Source: Idiomarina loihiensis L2TR (GTDB lineage: Bacteria > Pseudomonadota > Gammaproteobacteria > Enterobacterales > Alteromonadaceae). Taken from it: DNA of 32,000 nucleotides. The stretch is from NCBI RefSeq assembly GCF_000008465.1, contig NC_006512.1, positions 720,001 through 752,000 of the forward strand, given 5' to 3'. Below the pieces are notes generated by a model. It worked only from the letters and a program-made list of their open reading frames with translations. It did no database searches and was not told the origin of the DNA. Below, one piece after another: positions 27,103 through 32,000 of the stretch (positions are counted from its first letter, which is position 1; every line of letters starts with the position of its first letter). Position numbers and translations under genes: made by a program.

Positions 27103-28083
27103 CTATAGGGCTTCAGCAATGGGTTCCGGCCAGACACCGCACTGAACTTTAGCAATGTGGTCACTTTGTAAAATTTGCATAACCACCCGTGACTGACCTA
27201 TTCCCCCTCCAATAGTTAAAGGCAATTCACCCGCTAACAAGGACTGATGCCAGGGTAGCTTGAGCTTTTCCTCCTGTTGGCTAATAGCCAACTGACGCTT
27301 TAATGCCTGCTGGTCAACACGTATCCCCATAGAAGAAAGTTCCAGCGCGTCATCTAATACCGGATGCCAGACAAGAATATCGCCGTTTAAGCCCGTACTG
27401 CCCTGCTCGTTAACCGAACTCCAGTCATCGTAGTCCGGCGCTCTTACGTCATGTGCATGACCATGACTCAGCTCCCCGCCAATACCGACCAAAAATACTG
27501 CGCCATGTTGTTTAACCACTTTGCGCTCACGTTGTTTTGCAGTAAGGTCTGGATAGGCAGTAATTAAATCCTCTGCATGCACAACCTGTATTTTCTCCGG
27601 TAAGGTTCCGGTTCCACCGTGTTGTTCAATATATTGCTGCTCCGTTTGACGCAAAGCAGCGTAAATACGCTCGACGGTCTGGATCAGAAACGCCAGCGAA
27701 CGCTGCTCTTCAGTAATGACTTTTTCCCAGTCCCACTGGTCAACGTAAACAGAATGTACGGAACTCAAAGCTTCTTCGTCGGGCCGCAAGGCTTTCATTT
27801 GGGTAACTATGCCCTCGCCTGCACCAAAGCCGTAACGCCCCAGGGTATAGCGCTTCCATTTCGCCAGAGAGTGAACCACCTCGTAGTCTTTGTCGGGCAC
27901 GGCTTTTACTTTAACTGCAACCGCCTTTTCCCAGCCCGACAAATCGTCCTGAACACCACTGCCCAACTCACTTAGTAGTGGCGACTGCACTTCAATAAGC
28001 CCAAGCTGAAGCTGTAACTGCTGAGTAAAGCCGGCTTTTACGAATTGAATTTTCTGTTGCTGTAACATGTATTGTGACTTCAT
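27103..28083 (-). CDS. asnA: Aspartate--ammonia ligase (asparagine synthetase A)
   Basis: 326 aa. Long identical blocks with E. coli AsnA (LGLIEVQ.P.LS, EKAV.VKVKA.PD...[78 protein letters not shown]). Confidence 0.97.
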   Translation of the reverse strand: MKSQYMLQQQKIQFVKAGFTQQLQLQLGLIEVQSPLLSELGSGVQDDLSGWEKAVAVKVKAVPDKDYEVVHSLAKWKRYTLGRYGFGAGEGIVTQMKALRPDEEALSSVHSVYVDQWDWEKVITEEQRSLAFLIQTVERIYAALRQTEQQYIEQHGGTGTLPEKIQVVHAEDLITAYPDLTAKQRERKVVKQHGAVFLVGIGGELSHGHAHDVRAPDYDDWSSVNEQGSTGLNGDILVWHPVLDDALELSSMGIRVDQQALKRQLAISQQEEKLKLPWHQSLLAGELPLTIGGGIGQSRVVMQILQSDHIAKVQCGVWPEPIAEAL

Positions 28084-28233
28084 AAATACTCCGAATCGTT
28101 AATAAAAGAATATAAACACAATTCAATTAATACCTTTTAGAACTATTTATTCAATAATGTTTAACAAAAATAGCTTTACTTATTATTTTCCGTTAATTTA
28201 TACCTAACTTAATTAACGAAGCTTTAATAAAAC

Positions 28234-28704
28234 ATGAAAAAATTACCTGAAAATTATCAAATCGATGATCTGGACCGTTCCATACTAAGAACTCTGATGG
28301 AAGACGCACGTATTCCTTACGCTGAGCTGGCCAAACGCTATAAGGTGAGTCCGGCCACTATTCACGTACGGGTTGAAAAAATGAAGCGTGCCGGGATTAT
28401 TGAGGGTACGCGTTTACAGGTTAACGCCAAACGCTTAGGCTACGATGTCTGTTGTTTCATTGGCATTACGCTGAAAAGCGCGGGTGACTACCCGGCCGCA
28501 ATTGAAAAACTGGAAAAGCTCGAAGAAGTTATTGAGGCTTACTACACTACCGGTCAGTACAACGTCTTTATTAAAATTATGACACCGTCAATAAACGAGC
28601 TACAACACACGCTAATCAATCGAATTCAGGCTATTGATGAAATACAATCGACGGAAACGCTCATTTCATTACAGCAGCCAATTAACCGGGACATACAGCC
28701 ATGA
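28234..28704 (+). CDS. asnC: Transcriptional regulator AsnC
   Basis: 156 aa. Near-colinear with E. coli AsnC (YAELAK...VSP.TIHVRVEKMK.AGII.G, LGYDV.CFIGI.LKSA.DYP.A..KLE.L.EV.EAYYTTG.Y..FIK.M, IDEIQSTETLI.LQ.PI.R.I.P). Divergent from asnA as in E. coli. Confidence 0.96.
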   Translation: MKKLPENYQIDDLDRSILRTLMEDARIPYAELAKRYKVSPATIHVRVEKMKRAGIIEGTRLQVNAKRLGYDVCCFIGITLKSAGDYPAAIEKLEKLEEVIEAYYTTGQYNVFIKIMTPSINELQHTLINRIQAIDEIQSTETLISLQQPINRDIQP

Positions 28705-28792
28705 CAGCGCAGAACTGCATAAACAGTGGATAGAAGGCTTACTGGTTGACTACTACGACCCCATGTACGACTACCAAATGAAAAAGCGATAA
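28703..28792 (+). pseudogene. Possible 3'-terminal remnant (about 29 codons) of tRNA 2-selenouridine synthase (selU/mnmH)
   Basis: My translation of 28703-28792 gives DSAELHKQWIEGLLVDYYDPMYDYQMKKR*. This resembles the C-terminal segment of E. coli SelU as I remember it (..[24 protein letters not shown]..). There is no start codon or N-terminal domains, and upstream the frame runs into asnC in the wrong frame. Confidence 0.35.
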
Positions 28793-28886
28793 GCATCGCT
28801 AAAAATCTGCGACCCGCCGAAAACAACAGTCAATGCGTTAAGCTTTTGTTATGGTATTGGCATAATTACACCAAGGGGATCTATCT

Positions 28887-31505
28887 ATGTTGAAACGAAT
28901 GTTAAGCCGTGTCACCGCGGCTGCATTGGTCATCGTTGCCCTGCCTTCTATGGCAGCAACAAAAGACCTTTCTTACTATCTGCCACAGGATGTCAGTTAC
29001 AACCCGGAAATTACCAAACCCAAAGATGTGCTTGGTTATCAGGTTGGTGAATGGCATGCCCGCCCCGAACAAATTGTAAAGTATATGGAAGTTCTGGCCG
29101 AAGAGTCAGATCGCATCACGCTGGAAGTGACCGGTCGCACACATGAGCAGCGTCCTTTGTTACTTCTTACCGTCACCTCAGAAGACAACCACCGCAATAT
29201 TGATGACGTTCGTGAGCGTCATTTGGCCGCAGCTGATCCAAACCGTGATGCCGACCCGGACAATACGCCGGTCGTCATGTACATGGGCTACAGTATTCAC
29301 GGGGACGAATCGAGCGGCAGTAATGCAGCAATACTGTTTGCTTATTACCTTGCCGCGGCAGAAGGTGAAGCTGTGGATGAGCTTTTGAGCGATTCAGTTA
29401 TTCTGCTTGATCCGGCGTTTAACCCTGATGGACTAGCTCGCTTTGCACAATGGGCAAACCAGCACCGCAGTCAAAATCTGGTTGCCGATCCACAGCATCG
29501 TGAGCACGTGCAACCTTTTATTCGTGGCCGGGTCAACCATTACTGGTTCGATATGAACCGCGACTGGCTGTTACTGCAACACCCTGAATCGCGCGCGCGT
29601 ATCGCTAACTTTCAGAAATGGAAGCCAAACGTACTGACCGATTACCACGAAATGGGAACCAACAGCACGTATTTCTTCCAGCCGGGTATTCCGTCTCGTA
29701 AAAACCCATTAACGCCAGATGAAAACGTGCGCTTAACCGAAATTCTTGCGGCAGAACACGCTGACTCGCTGGATGATATTGGCAGCCTGTATTACACCGA
29801 AGAGTCATTTGATGACTTCTATTATGGCAAAGGCTCTACCTACCCTGACATTCAGGGCGCCGTAGGTATTTTATTTGAACAAGCCTCCAGCCGAGGACAC
29901 TTGCAGGACTCGGTTAATGGTGAGGTCAGCTTTCCGTTCACTATTCGTAACCAGTTTGTCGCCTCACTAAGTACCATTTACGGCACACACAAAAACAAAA
30001 GTCGTTTTATTGAGTTTCAGGAGCGTGCTTACGACGAAGGCATGGAGGCCGCACAAAAAGCCAAGTTTGAAGGTTATCTAATTGGTGACTCAAGCGATCC
30101 GTCGCGTGTAGAAGGTCTACTGGAAATCTTTAAACAGCACGGTATTAAAGCTTATCGTGTAGAAAAAGATATTGAACAGAACGGCACTCAGTTTAAAGCC
30201 GGAAGCAGTTATTATATCCCTCTGGCTCAGGCTCAGTACGGTTTAATTCAGGGAATATTCAGTACGCGTAAGAACTTCCCGAACAATACCTTCTACGATG
30301 TTTCAGGCTGGACTCTGCCATTAGCCTTTAACGTGCCATTTGAGACTCATCGTGGTCGTATTCAAATTGCGGATAATGCCTGGGATGCGCCAAAACGCAA
30401 GACGTCGGCTCTCACTGATGCCTACGCTTACGCATTTAACTGGAACGATTACTTCGCTCCGGGTTTATTACAAGAGTTGCTGGAGCAGAACATTCACGTT
30501 CGTCAGACAACAAAACCCTTCACTGTAGAAGGTGAACAAGGCCGTCAGGAGTTTTCAGCCGGTTCTATTGTTGTACCTAAAGCCTATCAGGAACGGGAAT
30601 GGCGCGATGTACAACGTCGTCTGGCTACCGCAGCAAAAGAAAAAGGTATTCAGGTAACCTCTATCGAGACCGGATTAACACCTGAAGGTGTTGACCTGGG
30701 TAGCCGCAATATTCAACCGGTAGAAAAGCCCAGCGTAATGATGCTGACCGGCGAAGGGGTTAACCTTTACGAAGCTGGGGAAACCTGGTACTACCTTGAC
30801 CGCCACGTAGGTATTCCATTGTCGATGGTTGATACTGAACGTCTGCCCAGCGCTGACTTAACCCGTTATAGCCATATTATTATGGTAGACGGACATTACA
30901 GCAATTTAGATAAACAACTGCGTAAAAAAATCCAAAACTGGGTAAGCCACGGTGGAACAATAATTGGTCAGCGTGGTGGTGCTGAATGGTTAGCAGAAAA
31001 CGGTCTTCTGCAAACTCGCTTTATTGATGATGCCGTCTTCCAGAGCGCTTTTACTAAAAAGCAGCTAAGTTACGAAGAGCGCGACGACTTCTACGCTGAA
31101 CAGCGAATTGCCGGAGCGATATTCTCAATGGATGTCGATACTTCTCACCCACTATTCTTTGGATTCCCGCGTGACCAAATGCCAGTATTCAAGAATTCGG
31201 CTGCCGCCATGGAAGAACCCGAGTCGCCTTTCGTTTCAGTCGCTCGCTATTCGGAGCAGCCTTTAATGAGTGGTTACACTGATGAGCGCAATCGCGAAAT
31301 ACTAAAAGGTAAAACCAATATTGCCGCCCATCGTTTAGGCAACGGTCAGGTAATTGGTTTTGCCGACAACATTAATTTCCGCGCCTATTTTTGGGGGACA
31401 TCCAAGTTACTCAGTAATGCTATTTATTTAGCTCCCCGTATTCAGGTTTACGCGAAAAAACTGGACGATAAAGCAGCAGCGGATGCCGCCGCTGAAGCCC
31501 ATTAA
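28887..31505 (+). CDS. Secreted M14-family zinc metallocarboxypeptidase, large multidomain form
   Basis: 872 aa. Signal peptide MLKRMLSRVTAAALVIVALPSMAA. Zn-binding HxxE (SIHGDESSG), later NPDG and the YHE-type motif (TDYHEMG), typical of the M14 fold. Good RBS (AAGGGGA). Confidence 0.85.
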   Translation: MLKRMLSRVTAAALVIVALPSMAATKDLSYYLPQDVSYNPEITKPKDVLGYQVGEWHARPEQIVKYMEVLAEESDRITLEVTGRTHEQRPLLLLTVTSEDNHRNIDDVRERHLAAADPNRDADPDNTPVVMYMGYSIHGDESSGSNAAILFAYYLAAAEGEAVDELLSDSVILLDPAFNPDGLARFAQWANQHRSQNLVADPQHREHVQPFIRGRVNHYWFDMNRDWLLLQHPESRARIANFQKWKPNVLTDYHEMGTNSTYFFQPGIPSRKNPLTPDENVRLTEILAAEHADSLDDIGSLYYTEESFDDFYYGKGSTYPDIQGAVGILFEQASSRGHLQDSVNGEVSFPFTIRNQFVASLSTIYGTHKNKSRFIEFQERAYDEGMEAAQKAKFEGYLIGDSSDPSRVEGLLEIFKQHGIKAYRVEKDIEQNGTQFKAGSSYYIPLAQAQYGLIQGIFSTRKNFPNNTFYDVSGWTLPLAFNVPFETHRGRIQIADNAWDAPKRKTSALTDAYAYAFNWNDYFAPGLLQELLEQNIHVRQTTKPFTVEGEQGRQEFSAGSIVVPKAYQEREWRDVQRRLATAAKEKGIQVTSIETGLTPEGVDLGSRNIQPVEKPSVMMLTGEGVNLYEAGETWYYLDRHVGIPLSMVDTERLPSADLTRYSHIIMVDGHYSNLDKQLRKKIQNWVSHGGTIIGQRGGAEWLAENGLLQTRFIDDAVFQSAFTKKQLSYEERDDFYAEQRIAGAIFSMDVDTSHPLFFGFPRDQMPVFKNSAAAMEEPESPFVSVARYSEQPLMSGYTDERNREILKGKTNIAAHRLGNGQVIGFADNINFRAYFWGTSKLLSNAIYLAPRIQVYAKKLDDKAAADAAAEAH

Positions 31506-31523
31506 TTAATAAATTAATAGAGA

Positions 31524-31559
31524 TAAAACCGCTAGGATTTTTTGTCTTAGCGGTTTTTT
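31524..31559 (+). terminator. Rho-independent terminator after the M14 peptidase gene
   Basis: AAAACCGCTA (31524-33) / TAGCGGTTTT (31547-56) stem followed by a T-run. Confidence 0.75.
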
Positions 31560-31640
31560 TACACTTGGATATATTGGTTGTTTTTCGAATAATGGTCTAC
31601 CTTACTAATTGAATCTTCTAAATTAATCAGTGAGGTGTAT

Positions 31641-31814
31641 ATGTTACGTTGGGTTCTAATCTTTCTAGCCGTGGCTGTAGTTGCCGCTATTTTAGGTTTT
31701 GGCGGAATTGCCGGAACAGCTGCCGGAATAGCTAAAATTATCTTCTATATCTTTATTATCCTCTTTGCGATTTCTTTAGTCGTTCGCCTGCTTCAGGGGA
31801 ATAAAAGGCTTTAA
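31641..31814 (+). CDS. DUF1328 (YtjA-like) small membrane protein, 57 aa
   Basis: Below the ORF-track size cutoff. ATG at 31641 with GAGGTG upstream. The translation [57 protein letters not shown] carries the family hallmark LGFGG(I/V)AG...A(K)I.F. Followed by a strong terminator. Confidence 0.8.
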   Translation: MLRWVLIFLAVAVVAAILGFGGIAGTAAGIAKIIFYIFIILFAISLVVRLLQGNKRL

Positions 31815-31852
31815 ATGTTTTAGCCTTTGTTAGATATTAGACATTGGTCGTA

Positions 31853-31898
31853 TGCCAACCGTTATTGAGTTTACGCTACAATAACGGTTGGCATTTTT
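31853..31898 (+). terminator. Rho-independent terminator after the DUF1328 gene
   Basis: TGCCAACCGTTATTG (31853-67) / CAATAACGGTTGGCA (31879-93), a perfect 15-bp stem followed by TTTTT. Confidence 0.85.
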
Positions 31899-31936
31899 CG
31901 TTATCTGTCTAACACTACAACAATGAGGCTCTTGCC

Positions 31937-32000
31937 ATGAACGCAATCGTAATGATGGTTCTGGGTTTAGGCGCAATGTTTCTCGGTTATGTTTTTTACT
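31937..32000 (+). CDS. 5' end of a membrane protein gene (truncated by the window edge); possibly CstA-family
   Basis: ATG at 31937 with GAGG 8 nt upstream. The translation MNAIVMMVLGLGAMFLGYVFY is hydrophobic and resembles CstA/BtsT N-termini. Only 21 codons are visible. Confidence 0.4.
   Translation, partial: MNAIVMMVLGLGAMFLGYVFY

Overview
This looks like a gammaproteobacterial chromosome segment. Gene order closely mirrors the E. coli rarA-lolA-ftsK-lrp/trxB, aat-infA-clpA-clpS-cspD and yejK-yejM-proL neighbourhoods. A marine Alteromonadales-like host is only my guess from protein flavour. Housekeeping genes fill 1-14.3 kb (rarA', lolA, ftsK, lrp, ald, trxB, aat, bpt, infA, clpA, clpS, cspD, yejK, yejM, tRNA-Pro). 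Mostly ordinary metabolic and regulatory genes fill about 22.3-32 kb: HIT, small esterase, SBP-like protein, a Grx-LLM-SDR-TetR cluster, asnA/asnC, a large M14 peptidase, a DUF1328 peptide and a truncated membrane protein. The accessory part is a ~6.9 kb, visibly AT-richer element (14260-21227) inserted in the 3' end of tRNA-Pro(GGG) and bounded by perfect 50-bp direct repeats. It combines a lambda-type int/xis module with three phased putative arm sites, a MOBV (Mob_Pre-like) relaxase with a candidate oriT, and a DUF3987 (YfjI-like) P-loop protein next to a repeat-rich candidate origin. It also carries three ORFs I cannot assign: a 190-aa orphan overlapping the relaxase start, and a secreted 4-Cys protein paired with a small membrane protein. 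I regard this compact int/xis + Mob + DUF3987 hitchhiker and its unassigned cargo as the best candidate for an undescribed system. Immediately outside attR sits a Fic-wHTH protein whose catalytic His is replaced (QPFSVANGCVGR) while the SxxxEG inhibitory motif is retained. I saw no CRISPR array, rRNA, IS element or reverse transcriptase. All homology statements are by-eye recognition without database searches.
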